Assembly (NCBI GenBank): GCA_017432325.1
Contig: JAFRJJ010000072.1
Span: forward strand, 2,117 to 66,116
Reading direction: 5' to 3'
Origin: Solobacterium sp.
GTDB taxonomy: Bacteria; Bacillota_I; Bacilli_A; Erysipelotrichales; Erysipelotrichaceae
Length of the DNA: 64,000 nucleotides
Position numbers and translations under genes: made by a program. The notes below the pieces were generated by a model. The model saw only the letters and a program-made list of their open reading frames with translations, did no database searches and had not been told where the DNA came from. Position 1 is the stretch's first letter. The number at the start of each line of letters is the position of its first letter. Below are positions 18,806-29,494 of this stretch, one piece after another.

Positions 18806-18855
18806 GACTCCCGCTCCATCCGCTTCATACGCGGATGAGTCAGGAGTTTCTTTTT
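18806..18855 (+). terminator. Intrinsic terminator after the cluster
   Basis: GACTCC..CATCCGC/GCGGATG..GGAGTT followed by TCTTTTT. Confidence 0.6.
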
Positions 18856-18957
18856 ATCATGCACGCAGCCGGCAAAACAAAAAATGAAAGATCATGTTTA
18901 TCCTTTTCGTAAATATCAGATTATGTAATAAAATGGTAACAGTAAACAGGAGTATCT

Positions 18958-20889
18958 ATGACACAGAAGCAGGGCGGACGTATTGCCGGATTTGACGGGC
19001 TCAGGGCGATAGCGATTATCGGTATAGTTCTATATCACCTTTTTCCCGACCGGGTCCCCGGCGGTTTCCTCGGCGTTCCCCTGTTTTTTTCTATTATGGG
19101 TTATCTGCTCGTATACAGTTCATGGAATGAACTGAGATACGGTGACTTCGATCTGATCACATATTACGCAAAGAAGATCAGGAGGCTGTATCCGCCCCTG
19201 ATCATCACCCTGCTGCTGACGGGTCTGTTTATGATACCGCTCTGGCCAAGACTGACCAAGGGAACACTGCCGGAACTGCAGTCTGTCCTGCTGGGTTACA
19301 ACAACTGGTGGCAGATCGCTCAGAACAGCTCATACTTTACCCGCATCATGAACGCTTCCCCGCTGACCCATCTCTGGTACCTTGCGCTGACGATGCAGTA
19401 CTACCTGGTATGGCCGGCAGTGTTCCTGATCGGCCTGCTGATGAGAAACCTCATGGACAAGGAAGATATCGGTCTGCTGCTGATCGCTGCGGCGGTCGTA
19501 TCAGCGGTGGAAATGGGAATGCTGTATACGCCGGGAGAGGATCCTTCCAGGGTCTATTACGGTACGGACACAAGAGCGTTCTCACTGCTGCTCGGCATGG
19601 CGCTGGCATTGTTCCCGGTGGACAGGATCGGTGCGCGGATGCGGAAGAACAGATATCCTGCCAAGGCTGTGTTCTTCGGCTGCCTGGTGATCACCGCAGT
19701 CCTGTATCTGAAGGCGAACGGAACTTCTGCCTGGATATACAGAGGCGTGATGTTTGCCGCGAATATCGTATTGATCGCCATGATGTTCTTTGCGATCGGC
19801 TGGCAGAAACATATCGGCATCCCGCTTGATCAGCCGTTGCTGAAATGGATCGGCACCAGGAGCTATATGATCTACCTGGTCATGTTCCCGGTGATCTATT
19901 TCTTCAGCCAGTACTTCCCGGACGCGGATACGCTGATGATGAAGCTTGCAGCGCTGGCAGTGATCCTTGCGTTAGCGGAGATCATCTGGCGGATCGACCG
20001 TATGATCACGATGCGCTCCAGGGTCAGGTCTTCCAATAAAAAGAGAGCTTCCGCGATCTCCCTGCGCCGTAAGGTACAGTCGTTCCTGGTCATGTCATTG
20101 CTGATGGCTTCCACTGTGCTGATTGCGATCGCCCAGACGGAACGGTTTGAGGCGACCCATGATACATCCGACATGGAACTGCTGGAAAAGGAACTGGCTG
20201 AAAACGCCGCAATGCTTGCCAAACAGTCTGAAACAGGAAAGAAACCGGAGACTGCTGCTCCGGAAATATCTTCCGGACCCGTTGTGACGGAAGCACCGGA
20301 AGAAACTCCCGAGCCTACACCTGAGGCAACTCCCACACCCGAACCGACGCAGACACCGGAGGAAACAGGTGTTGTGCAGACGACTGAGTATACCGCGATC
20401 GGGGATTCTGTCATGCTTGGCGCGTACGCGAATATGCGTCAGGAACTGCCGATGATCTGGGTTGACGCGGCACAGTCAAGACACGCGAATGTCGGCGTGA
20501 TCGTCGCAGACGGACTGTACCAGTACGGACACCTGGGGCAGACGGTCATCGTCCATCTGGGGACCAACTCCCGCTTTGATCAGGAAACAGGGCAGCAGCT
20601 GATCGATTATCTCGGCCCTGACAGGACGATCTACTGGATGACATGCAGGGGTCCTTCCCTGTATTACATCAATGATGTCAACGAAACGATCCGTCAGCTT
20701 GCGGAAGCCAACTGGAATGTATCGGTACTGGACTGGCAGGGGTATTCCGCCGAGCACTATGAATGGTTCTACTCGGACGGCATCCACCTGAATATCGAGG
20801 GAAGAATTGCCTATACACACTTCATCGCGGATCAGCTCGGCCTGCCGCTTCCCGTGGAAGAAACGCCGCAGGAAGAAACTACAGGATAA
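18958..20889 (+). CDS. OatA-like O-acyltransferase (Acyltransferase_3 + Pro/Thr/Glu linker + SGNH domain)
   Basis: FDGLRAIA, HLWYLA, YYGTDTRAF, IGDSV, HLGTN, DGIH. Confidence 0.9.
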   Translation: MTQKQGGRIAGFDGLRAIAIIGIVLYHLFPDRVPGGFLGVPLFFSIMGYLLVYSSWNELRYGDFDLITYYAKKIRRLYPPLIITLLLTGLFMIPLWPRLTKGTLPELQSVLLGYNNWWQIAQNSSYFTRIMNASPLTHLWYLALTMQYYLVWPAVFLIGLLMRNLMDKEDIGLLLIAAAVVSAVEMGMLYTPGEDPSRVYYGTDTRAFSLLLGMALALFPVDRIGARMRKNRYPAKAVFFGCLVITAVLYLKANGTSAWIYRGVMFAANIVLIAMMFFAIGWQKHIGIPLDQPLLKWIGTRSYMIYLVMFPVIYFFSQYFPDADTLMMKLAALAVILALAEIIWRIDRMITMRSRVRSSNKKRASAISLRRKVQSFLVMSLLMASTVLIAIAQTERFEATHDTSDMELLEKELAENAAMLAKQSETGKKPETAAPEISSGPVVTEAPEETPEPTPEATPTPEPTQTPEETGVVQTTEYTAIGDSVMLGAYANMRQELPMIWVDAAQSRHANVGVIVADGLYQYGHLGQTVIVHLGTNSRFDQETGQQLIDYLGPDRTIYWMTCRGPSLYYINDVNETIRQLAEANWNVSVLDWQGYSAEHYEWFYSDGIHLNIEGRIAYTHFIADQLGLPLPVEETPQEETTG

Positions 20890-20891
20890 AC

Positions 20892-20929
20892 AAAAACCCG
20901 GCAGTTTCTGAATTGAAACTGCCGCTTTT
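20892..20929. terminator. Bidirectional terminator between convergent genes
   Basis: CGGCAGTTTC/GAAACTGCCG with flanking A- and T-runs. Confidence 0.7.
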
Positions 20930-20940
20930 ATCCGCAGATC

Positions 20941-22203
20941 TTACTCTTTCGGCCTGATGTTCAGTTTTGATAATGCCAGCAGGATGGACAGCTTCCCGTA
21001 TTCCGGGGAGAGACCGCCCTGCATATACAGGGTATACGGAGGGATGACAGGCGCGTCAGCACTCAGTTCGATCGTACTTCCCTGGGTAAAGCTGCCGCAT
21101 GCCATGACCTCATCAAACGGATAGCCGGGCATCGGCGCAGGCATGACACGTACATATGAATCGACCGGTGAGGATTCCTGGATGCCCTGTGTAAAGGCGA
21201 CCAGGTTTTCTTTTGTGGACAGTTCTACTGTCTGGATGATATCTGTCCTGTATTCATCATACCTCGGTGATACATTGGGGAATCCCAGCTGTTCCAGCAT
21301 CCATGAAGCGAAGACAGCTGTTTTCATCGCGCTCCTGACTGCGCCGGGAGCTACGAACAGCCCTTTGAAGAAGGAATTGTTCAGATTGAAGTTCGCACCT
21401 TGTTCCTTGCCGATGCCGGGAGCGGTCAGCCGTTCCGCAATGGTAAATACCAGGTCCTTTCTGCCGGCAATATAACCGCCCGTGGAAGCGATGCCGCCTC
21501 CGAGGTTCTTCATGAGGGAACCCACCACAACATCAGCTCCGACATGCCCGGGTTCTCTTTCTTCAACCAGTTCACCATAGCAGTTGTCCACCATGATGAT
21601 GACATCCTTGTTGACTTCCCTGATCTTTTGTATCAGGTGTCCGATCTTTGCGATGCACAGGCTTGCCCGGGAGGAATATCCCCTGGATCTCTGGATCTCG
21701 ACCAGTCTGACATTGCCTTCCTTCAGCCGGCTGACGATCGTCTCTTCGTCAAACTCATCGTTGACCAGATCGATTTGTTCGTATCTGACACCGTGAGCTT
21801 TGAGAGACTGGGCGGAATCACCCGTCAGTCCGATCATTTCCTGCAGTGAATCATAAGGTGTTCCGGTCAGGGAGATCATCGTATCCCCGTGCTTCAGCAG
21901 TGCCGAGAATGTCAGAAACAGCGCGTTGGTGCCGCTCATGATCTGCGGCCTGACAAGGGCATCCTCACAGCCCAGTACATCCGCGAACATCTTTTCGAGT
22001 TTATCCCTGCCTGCGTCGTAGTTGCCGTAGCCGTTGATATCGCTGAAGTCGGAATATGATACCTTGTTTTCTATAAATGCGGACAGGATCCTGTCAGAGT
22101 TGTACATGCATACCTGATCGATCCGTCTGTAGATATCTGCCAGTACCTCATCGGATCGTTCTGCCAGCTTTAATAAGTCCTGATTGATCTGATCTTTTAT
22201 CAT
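20941..22203 (-). CDS. Methionine gamma-lyase family PLP protein (YnbB / aluminium-resistance type)
   Basis: MSGTNAL, VDNCYGE, GSLMKNLGGG, GSTIELSAD; RBS AGGAG before ATG 22203. Confidence 0.9.
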   Translation of the reverse strand: MIKDQINQDLLKLAERSDEVLADIYRRIDQVCMYNSDRILSAFIENKVSYSDFSDINGYGNYDAGRDKLEKMFADVLGCEDALVRPQIMSGTNALFLTFSALLKHGDTMISLTGTPYDSLQEMIGLTGDSAQSLKAHGVRYEQIDLVNDEFDEETIVSRLKEGNVRLVEIQRSRGYSSRASLCIAKIGHLIQKIREVNKDVIIMVDNCYGELVEEREPGHVGADVVVGSLMKNLGGGIASTGGYIAGRKDLVFTIAERLTAPGIGKEQGANFNLNNSFFKGLFVAPGAVRSAMKTAVFASWMLEQLGFPNVSPRYDEYRTDIIQTVELSTKENLVAFTQGIQESSPVDSYVRVMPAPMPGYPFDEVMACGSFTQGSTIELSADAPVIPPYTLYMQGGLSPEYGKLSILLALSKLNIRPKE

Positions 22204-22408
22204 AATGATTGTCTCCTGTGGAGTATTATATCCCATTACCGGCCTGCCTGTACCTTTACCTGATGGGATCTGTTCTGAAAGAAAAGAAACAAGATGACAT
22301 TCTGATCATGTTTTTCGCAGGATGTACCGATCCGCGCGGTACATACGTGCATATCGTCATGTATAATACAAAACGATCATGTTTCTGAATCATAGAAGGA
22401 GAAATCAT

Positions 22409-23629
22409 ATGAACCGTGAAGATATCAAAAAAGTAGTGCTTGCGTACAGCGGAGGACTGGATACATCCGTCATTATTCCCTGGCTGAAGGAAAACTACAA
22501 CAACTGTGAAGTCATTGCCGTATCCGGCAATGTCGGACAGGGTGATGAGCTCGACGGACTGGAAGAGAAGGCCCTGAAGACAGGTGCTTCCAAGCTGTAT
22601 GTCCTCGACCTGACAGAAGAATATGTCAATGACTATATCATGCCGTGTCTGAAAGCAGGCGCCCAGTACGAGGGATATCTGCTTGGCACAAGCCATGCCA
22701 GACCTCTGATCGCCAAAGGACTCGTTGAGATCGCCCTGAAGGAAGGCGCTGACGCGGTATGCCATGGCTGTACCGGAAAAGGCAATGACCAGGTACGCTT
22801 TGAACTTGCGATCCGTCATTTTGCCCCGCAGATGCACATTATTGCACCTTGGCGTGAATGGGATATCAGATCACGTGATGAAGAGATCGATTACGCGGAG
22901 GCACACGATGTCCCGCTCCGTATTTCAAGGGAAACAAATTATTCCAAGGACAAGAACCTGTGGCATCTGAGCCATGAGGGGCTGGATCTGGAAAATCCCG
23001 CCAATGAACCGCAGTATGAGAAGCCCGGTTTCCTGGAGATGTGCGTATCCCCGTATGACGCTCCGGACACACCGGAATGCATTTCCCTGGAATTCAGACA
23101 GGGTGTCCCCTGCGCGCTGAACGGAGAACCGATGAGCGCAAAGGATATCGTGCTGAAGCTGAATGAGATCGGCGGAAGAAACGGGATCGGCCTTCTGGAC
23201 CTTGTTGAGAACAGACTGGTCGGCATGAAGAGCAGGGGTATTTACGAAACACCCGGCGGAACGATCCTTTATGAAGCGCATAAGTATCTGGAGTCCATAA
23301 CCCTGGACAAGATGACCGCGCACAAGAAGGAAGAACTTGCCCTGACCTATGCGGAGCTGGTCTATAACGGACAGTGGTTTACCCCGCTGAAGGAAGCACT
23401 GGATGCCTTCGTCGATAAGACACAGGAAACAGTCAACGGTACGGTGAAGCTGAAGCTGTACAAGGGCAATATCATCAAAGCAGGCGTGACAAGTCCGGAT
23501 TCCCTCTACAGTGAGGATCTGGCATCATTCGGTGAATCCGATTACGATCAGAAAGACAGCGAAGGATTCTTCAAACTGTACGGTCTGCCGATCACCGTAA
23601 AGGCAGTACTGGATCAGAAAAAGAAATAA
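22409..23629 (+). CDS. argG: Argininosuccinate synthase
   Basis: [40 protein letters not shown]. Confidence 0.97.
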   Translation: MNREDIKKVVLAYSGGLDTSVIIPWLKENYNNCEVIAVSGNVGQGDELDGLEEKALKTGASKLYVLDLTEEYVNDYIMPCLKAGAQYEGYLLGTSHARPLIAKGLVEIALKEGADAVCHGCTGKGNDQVRFELAIRHFAPQMHIIAPWREWDIRSRDEEIDYAEAHDVPLRISRETNYSKDKNLWHLSHEGLDLENPANEPQYEKPGFLEMCVSPYDAPDTPECISLEFRQGVPCALNGEPMSAKDIVLKLNEIGGRNGIGLLDLVENRLVGMKSRGIYETPGGTILYEAHKYLESITLDKMTAHKKEELALTYAELVYNGQWFTPLKEALDAFVDKTQETVNGTVKLKLYKGNIIKAGVTSPDSLYSEDLASFGESDYDQKDSEGFFKLYGLPITVKAVLDQKKK

Positions 23630-23640
23630 AGGAGTGTCAT

Positions 23641-25017
23641 ATGACAAAGATGTGGGCAGGCAGAACAAAGGGAGAAACAGACCGGATCGCGGATGAATTC
23701 AATTCTTCGATCAGGATCGATTCAAGGATGTACCGGGAGGACATCACCGGTTCCATTGCCCATGCGAAGATGCTGAAACAGCAGGGGATCATCCCTGCTG
23801 AAGCAGCAGATCATATCACTGCGGCGCTGGAACAGATCATGAATGACATTTCGGACGGTACGCTTGAGATCGACATGGACAGTGAAGACATCCATATGTT
23901 TGTTGAACAGGTACTGACGGAACGGATCGGTGAAGAAGGGAAGATGCTGCATACAGCAAGAAGCAGGAATGATCAGGTCGCCCTGGATACCCGCATGTAT
24001 CTGCGGACACAGGCAGAAGAGATCCGGAATGAGATCGCTGAACTGATCAGGGTCCTGTGCGAAAAAGCAGGAACATACAGGGAAACGATCCTGCCGGGCT
24101 ATACGCACATGCAGAGGGCACAGCCCATCGTGTTTGGACATCATCTGCTGGCTTACGGATGGATGCTGATGAGGGACAGGGAACGGCTGAAGGATGCTGT
24201 TGGGAGAATGAACCAGTCGCCGATCGGCGCATGCGCGCTGGCCGGTACGACATATCCGACAGACCGTGTGTTTGAAGCACAGCTGCTCGGTTTTGATGAC
24301 ATTACATACAACAGTATGGACTCTGTTTCCGACCGTGACTTCTGTCTCGAACTGCTGAGCGCACTGTCGATCCACATGATGCACTTATCCCGCTTCTGTG
24401 AAGAACTGATCCTGTGGTCAAGCTGGGAATTCCGGTTCGTGGAACTGGATGATGCGTATACCACAGGCTCTTCGATCATGCCGCAGAAGAAGAACCCCGA
24501 TATGGCTGAACTCGTCAGAGGTAAGACAGGCCGTGTGTATGGGGATCTGATGAGCTTACTGACAGTGATGAAGGGACTTCCGCTTGCTTACAACAAGGAC
24601 ATGCAGGAAGACAAGGAACCTGTCTTTGACGCACTCGATACAGTCAGGATGTGCCTGTCCGTCATGACTCCGATGATCCGCACCATGAAAGTAAACGAAG
24701 AAAACATGCGTGAGGCAGCCGGCAGGGGCTTCATCAACGCTACAGACCTGGCTGATTACCTGACGAACAAAGGCATGCCGTTCCGGGATGCCTACAAGAT
24801 CTGCGGCAGGATCACCGCCTATTGCATTCAGAACGCGCAGACGCTGGAGACTCTGCCTCTGAATACGTACAGGCAGTTCTCGGAACTGTTTGAAGAAGAT
24901 CTGTATGAAGCGATCGATCTGACACAGATCGTCAGAAGACGTACCTCCGCAGGAGGAACGTCACCTGATTCCGTGGATAAACAGATTGGGCTGATCCTGG
25001 CAGATTTGGAACAATAA
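23641..25017 (+). CDS. argH: Argininosuccinate lyase
   Basis: HTARSRNDQ, PGYTHMQRAQ, GSSIMPQKKNPD. Confidence 0.97.
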   Translation: MTKMWAGRTKGETDRIADEFNSSIRIDSRMYREDITGSIAHAKMLKQQGIIPAEAADHITAALEQIMNDISDGTLEIDMDSEDIHMFVEQVLTERIGEEGKMLHTARSRNDQVALDTRMYLRTQAEEIRNEIAELIRVLCEKAGTYRETILPGYTHMQRAQPIVFGHHLLAYGWMLMRDRERLKDAVGRMNQSPIGACALAGTTYPTDRVFEAQLLGFDDITYNSMDSVSDRDFCLELLSALSIHMMHLSRFCEELILWSSWEFRFVELDDAYTTGSSIMPQKKNPDMAELVRGKTGRVYGDLMSLLTVMKGLPLAYNKDMQEDKEPVFDALDTVRMCLSVMTPMIRTMKVNEENMREAAGRGFINATDLADYLTNKGMPFRDAYKICGRITAYCIQNAQTLETLPLNTYRQFSELFEEDLYEAIDLTQIVRRRTSAGGTSPDSVDKQIGLILADLEQ

Positions 25018-25089
25018 ATCATCTGAAAAATGTCCAACCTGACAGACGGTATGCTATATTTGTGCTGTAAAAAAGGCGGGCATTTTTTT

Positions 25090-25929
25090 ATGAAAATCAC
25101 ATTCTTTGGTACGACCACGCTGCTATTTGATGACGGGACAGATCAGATCCTGTTCGACTGTCATTTCACACGTCCTTCCCTGCTGAAGTATATCGGCGGT
25201 TCAGAAGGCACAAATACCACATTGATGGATGAATTGTTCTCAAAGCACCATATCGACAGACTGAAGGCGATCTTTGTTTCGCATACCCATCATGACCATG
25301 TCATGGATGCGCCATATGCCGCACTGAAGACCGGGGCAGTCATTTACGGCTCTTCTTCCGCGATGAATGTCGCAAAGGGAGGAAGTGTACCTGAATCACA
25401 GCAGGTCCGCTTCAAGGCAGGCGAAACATACACTGTCGGTCAGTACCGGATCAAGGTACTGGCTTCCAGACATTCAAAGCCGACGATCCTCAACAATGAT
25501 CTCGGTGTGGCGATCGATCTGCCTCTGAAACAGCCGGCAAAGCTGCGCGACTACAAGGAAGGCGGGTCCTTTGATTTCTATGTGGAAGCGGAAGGGAAGA
25601 AGATCCTGATCCGTCCCAGCTTCAATTACATTGAAGGACAGCTTGATGGTTATCAGTGCGATGTGCTGTTCCTCGGTATTGCGGGACTGGGCAAGGCAGA
25701 CCCGAAGACAGAGGAGATCTTCTTCCGTGAGACAGTTGAGAAGGTAAAGCCTGAACTGATCATTCCGCTGCACTGGGATAACTTCTTCTCACCGCTGGAC
25801 AAACCTGTTGTAAGCATGCCGCATGTGGTCGAAAAGACTGAAGAATCATTCTTTAAGTTAGCGAAGCGATGTGAGGAATATGGTGTAAACTGTATCCTGC
25901 AGATCCCCCGTACAAGCATTGAGATCTGA
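25090..25929 (+). CDS. MBL-fold metallo-hydrolase
   Basis: SHTHHDH, LHWDNF; start MKITFFG at 25090. Confidence 0.85.
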   Translation: MKITFFGTTTLLFDDGTDQILFDCHFTRPSLLKYIGGSEGTNTTLMDELFSKHHIDRLKAIFVSHTHHDHVMDAPYAALKTGAVIYGSSSAMNVAKGGSVPESQQVRFKAGETYTVGQYRIKVLASRHSKPTILNNDLGVAIDLPLKQPAKLRDYKEGGSFDFYVEAEGKKILIRPSFNYIEGQLDGYQCDVLFLGIAGLGKADPKTEEIFFRETVEKVKPELIIPLHWDNFFSPLDKPVVSMPHVVEKTEESFFKLAKRCEEYGVNCILQIPRTSIEI

Positions 25930-25974
25930 AATGAATATGCCTGAGTACCGGCAGACAGATATAGGAGAAAAGAA

Positions 25975-27006
25975 ATGAAAAAACTGATATGTTCCGCATT
26001 ATGCGCAGGTATCCTGCTCACACTTGGCGCATGCGGTCAGAAGAAGCAGGAAGAAGCACCTGCTGAATGGACAAGGGAAGGCTACTTCCAGGATGAGGAC
26101 GAAAACATGCTTTCCGTCACCTGGATGGAAGATATTGATGAGCCCGGCTGGTATGTCGGATGCATGCTCGGTGAGGACGCGATAGAGGATTCCTGGGGCG
26201 GCACACTGCCGCAGGAAGGAAACGCCCTGAAGGGTACCCTGACTTCTTCCGGCAGTAAAGAACCTCTCGCAGTAACAGTCACAGAGGAAGGCACAGACGG
26301 ACTGGCACTGGCAGTTGACGGAGGTGATACATATCACTTCACGAAGTTTGATATGCCTGAAGCGACCATCTTCATTACCATCAATACGGAAGGCTGGGGC
26401 AACATTGCCTACACAGAGGGTGAACAGACACCTGAAGTTGATGAGGAATACCCGTACCAGTCAGCAGTTATCAATCTGGAAAAACCGGAAACATATACAT
26501 TCCTTGCATGGGCTTCAGCAGGAAATAAATTCGTAAAATGGACAAAGAACGGAGAAGACCTCTCCGGGGAAGCACAGATCACAGTTGATCTGAATGAGAC
26601 AGCTGATTACATCGCTGTATTTGAAGAAGACCCTGACTGGCAGAATCCTGTCATGAACTTCATTGGTAACTATCAGAGCGGCAGAGCAAGAGCCCTGGTA
26701 GAAAGCTTCGAAAATGACGGGGCATGGGTCACCATTGAATGGAGCAGCAGTGTGTCCGAACTGGCACGCTGGGATATTTACGGTAAGCTTGACCCGGATA
26801 CAAAGACCATTGATTATTCCACCGCCACAAAGGCACTCATCGCCTTTGATGAAAAGGGTGAGATCGTTAAGGATGAAGTGGTCTACGAAAACGGAAGCGG
26901 CACGATCATCTTCAACGATGACGGTACATTTACCTGGCATGAGGATCAGTCGGAATACGATGAAGACATGGTGTTTGAATGGGTGCCGGCACCGGAAGAC
27001 AACTGA
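25975..27006 (+). CDS. Hypothetical acidic lipoprotein with a short beta-repeat-like module
   Basis: Lipobox LGAC at about Cys20; KFVKWTKNG..ITV....ADYIAVFE resembles cell-surface B-repeat modules. Confidence 0.65.
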   Translation: MKKLICSALCAGILLTLGACGQKKQEEAPAEWTREGYFQDEDENMLSVTWMEDIDEPGWYVGCMLGEDAIEDSWGGTLPQEGNALKGTLTSSGSKEPLAVTVTEEGTDGLALAVDGGDTYHFTKFDMPEATIFITINTEGWGNIAYTEGEQTPEVDEEYPYQSAVINLEKPETYTFLAWASAGNKFVKWTKNGEDLSGEAQITVDLNETADYIAVFEEDPDWQNPVMNFIGNYQSGRARALVESFENDGAWVTIEWSSSVSELARWDIYGKLDPDTKTIDYSTATKALIAFDEKGEIVKDEVVYENGSGTIIFNDDGTFTWHEDQSEYDEDMVFEWVPAPEDN

Positions 27007-27023
27007 GGATCAAATAAGCTTAT

Positions 27024-27059
27024 AAAAAAATGACTGTTTCCTGAGCGAAACAGTCATTT
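27024..27059. terminator. Bidirectional terminator
   Basis: AAATGACTGTTTC/GAAACAGTCATTT. Confidence 0.7.
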
Positions 27060-27064
27060 GGCTT

Positions 27065-27955
27065 TTATAACAGGTTTCCGATCCAGAGCGGAGAGTTGAT
27101 CTCTTTCAGGTGATCCTGGTATCTGGAAGTGCCGAAGATGGCATCATACTGGTTGACGATCTCCACCTTGTTGTCGATGACCCACTGCTTGACTCTGGGA
27201 GAAGTGAACACCTCAACATCCTTGACCCTGTGAATGTTGCATGACTGTTCCCTGAGTACCGTATCATCCAGATATCCGGGATGGAGTACTTTGACAACGA
27301 TCTTACTGTCATCGATGGGCATATTGAGAATGGACTCTTCCGGATCATATTTCAGGAAGTTCAGCACGTTCAGAACCGATTTATGTCCCGGCAGTACCAC
27401 AAGGTCATCCCTGGGCGTTGATTCCATCGCGCCCCAGATGTTGAGGTGTCTGTATTCTTCTTTGGCTGTTGTCACTCTTCCGTGGCGTTCATTGTTCATG
27501 AAACCATAGGGGATATTGTATTCTTCAACGACCTGCAGGATCGCCTGTTCCTTTTCACCCTTTGCAGGAAGATTCGCGTAATGGATGTCCGGATAACGTC
27601 CCAGATGTTCCTTGCAGAATTCCATCTGCGCGCGGAACTCTTTGATCATCTCGTCATAGACGATCCCTTCAACCGGATGCTCACACTGGTTGATGCGCTT
27701 CCACTTGAAGTTGCCGTCCGGTGTGCAGAGAGAAGGAACTTCCGAAGGATCCAGTACGGGGTGTCCCCACATATGCGGATGCCAGCCCACTGAGATCCAT
27801 GGCTTGTCAGACAGATAGTCGAGCATTTCCACGACATCAGGCCAGTCAAACATACATTCACAGTCAGAAACTACACCCTCTTCCAGTGTTTTCAGAGTAC
27901 CAAGATTATGTACATGGGTATAGCCGACATCATCTGCACGGAATACGATCTTCAT
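27065..27955 (-). CDS. ChbG/YdjC family carbohydrate deacetylase
   Basis: RADDVG, VGWH, EFRAQ, LHPGYLD. Confidence 0.85.
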   Translation of the reverse strand: MKIVFRADDVGYTHVHNLGTLKTLEEGVVSDCECMFDWPDVVEMLDYLSDKPWISVGWHPHMWGHPVLDPSEVPSLCTPDGNFKWKRINQCEHPVEGIVYDEMIKEFRAQMEFCKEHLGRYPDIHYANLPAKGEKEQAILQVVEEYNIPYGFMNNERHGRVTTAKEEYRHLNIWGAMESTPRDDLVVLPGHKSVLNVLNFLKYDPEESILNMPIDDSKIVVKVLHPGYLDDTVLREQSCNIHRVKDVEVFTSPRVKQWVIDNKVEIVNQYDAIFGTSRYQDHLKEINSPLWIGNLL

Positions 27956-28084
27956 ATTGTGTTCACCTCTTTTTTTACTGATTTCATAATAACCGGGAAA
28001 CAGAAAAACTGCATTTCAGAATTCCAATCAGGATGAAACTGTTTTATGATGTTACAGGTCTAATGAAAGAAAAGAGGTCAGCTT

Positions 28085-29365
28085 ATGAAGCTTAAGAGAA
28101 TCATAGTATTTCTGATGGCAGGCATGTTAGGCGCAGGATGCACACAGCAGAGCGCTGCTATGCAGACGGAAGAAACACCTGTACCGGAAGAGACAGCTGC
28201 CGCAGAAACAGCCGCTCCGGAAACAGCATTGCCGCAGGAAACGGCAGCGGCAGAAGAAACATATCCGCAGATCGAAGCCGGTATTGCGGAGATCAGCAAA
28301 TACGGAAATATCGTTCTGACGATCGATCCGGACGCAATGAAGGAGCAGGGTTATGAACCGGCTGACATCATCACGATCAGGATCGGTGAAAAGGAAATGG
28401 ATATGCCTGTAGGAACAGCATATACGGATGTCGATAGCGGTGAGCCGGTCTGCTGCTACAAATTCAGCAGCAGCAGGAACCGTGAGGAAACTGTCCTGTC
28501 TGTGAATTCCGGAAACCTGATCGAAGCCATGAATGTTGCAAAGATCGTCAAGGTCCCGGAAGCACCCGGCTTTAAAGTCGAATGGTCAGAAGGCATGGAT
28601 GAGAACACGACCGTATATCTGAACATGAAAGAGAAGCAGGGATTTGCGGAAGAATACGCAATGCATCAGCTGGGTGCGGTACGTACGAACAAACGTGAAG
28701 ACTACGGAAACCTGAGTGACGCTGAATACGCGAACTTCCGTATGGTCAGAACTTCCGGTATGGGTACAGGCATTCTGTACAGATCATCTTCACCGGTCAA
28801 TCCTGCCTATAAGAGAAACGAGCAGGCAGATCAGGCAATGCTGGATGCTCAGATCAGGACTGTCATGAATATGGCTGACAGTGAAGGACAGATGAAAGCA
28901 TACTCTGAATATGCCCTGACATATTATGCCGGCTGTGACATCATCCCGCTGAATATGGGAATGAATGTCTCTTCCGAAGAATTCAGGGAGAAACTGGCGG
29001 AGGGCTTCCGCTTCATCGCTTCTCATGAAGGACCGTACCTGATCCACTGCAATGAAGGAAAGGACCGTACGGGATTTGCGTTAGGGGTCCTGGAATGTCT
29101 GATGGGAGCAGACAAGGAAGAGATCACTGAAGATTATATGCTGACGTTCTATAACTTCTACGGAATGGAAGCCGGTACGGAACAGTATCAGAATACTGCC
29201 AACAGCAATCTCCTGAGATCACTGGCAGGCGCATTCCACATGGAATCACTGGATGGTGCTGATCTTGCAAAGAGTGCTGAAGCATATCTGGAAGAGATCG
29301 GTATGACAGCTGATGAGATCAAAACACTCAAAGAAAAACTCAGCGCTGACTTCATTGAAATTTAA
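28085..29365 (+). CDS. Lipoprotein with C-terminal protein-tyrosine/phosphoinositide phosphatase domain (MptpB/LipA-like)
   Basis: Lipobox LGAGC; LYRSS, HCNEGKDRTG (CX5R), DYMLT. Confidence 0.8.
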   Translation: MKLKRIIVFLMAGMLGAGCTQQSAAMQTEETPVPEETAAAETAAPETALPQETAAAEETYPQIEAGIAEISKYGNIVLTIDPDAMKEQGYEPADIITIRIGEKEMDMPVGTAYTDVDSGEPVCCYKFSSSRNREETVLSVNSGNLIEAMNVAKIVKVPEAPGFKVEWSEGMDENTTVYLNMKEKQGFAEEYAMHQLGAVRTNKREDYGNLSDAEYANFRMVRTSGMGTGILYRSSSPVNPAYKRNEQADQAMLDAQIRTVMNMADSEGQMKAYSEYALTYYAGCDIIPLNMGMNVSSEEFREKLAEGFRFIASHEGPYLIHCNEGKDRTGFALGVLECLMGADKEEITEDYMLTFYNFYGMEAGTEQYQNTANSNLLRSLAGAFHMESLDGADLAKSAEAYLEEIGMTADEIKTLKEKLSADFIEI

Positions 29366-29438
29366 AAACAGACAAGGGACCGGAAGGTTCCTTTTCAGTA
29401 CCGGTATCCGGCTGCTGACAGTCATATGATCAAACGCC

Positions 29439-29488
29439 TTGACATATTACTCCTATATAGTAGAATCTATATGCTACTATATAGGAGT
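29439..29488 (+). promoter_or_regulatory. Sigma-A promoter with an overlapping 15-bp inverted repeat (putative MarR operator)
   Basis: TTGACA 29439-44, TAGAAT 29461-66; ACTCCTATATAGTAG (29449-63) / CTACTATATAGGAGT (29474-88). Confidence 0.75.
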
Positions 29489-29494
29489 TTTAAT

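Noticed and set aside
18958-20889. OatA-like protein with PT/PE linker as a novelty
   Set aside because: This is the standard AT3-SGNH architecture, and low-complexity linkers are common in it.
22237-22408. ArgR boxes, T-box or riboswitch upstream of argG
   Set aside because: No convincing ARG-box palindrome or T-box motif found by eye.
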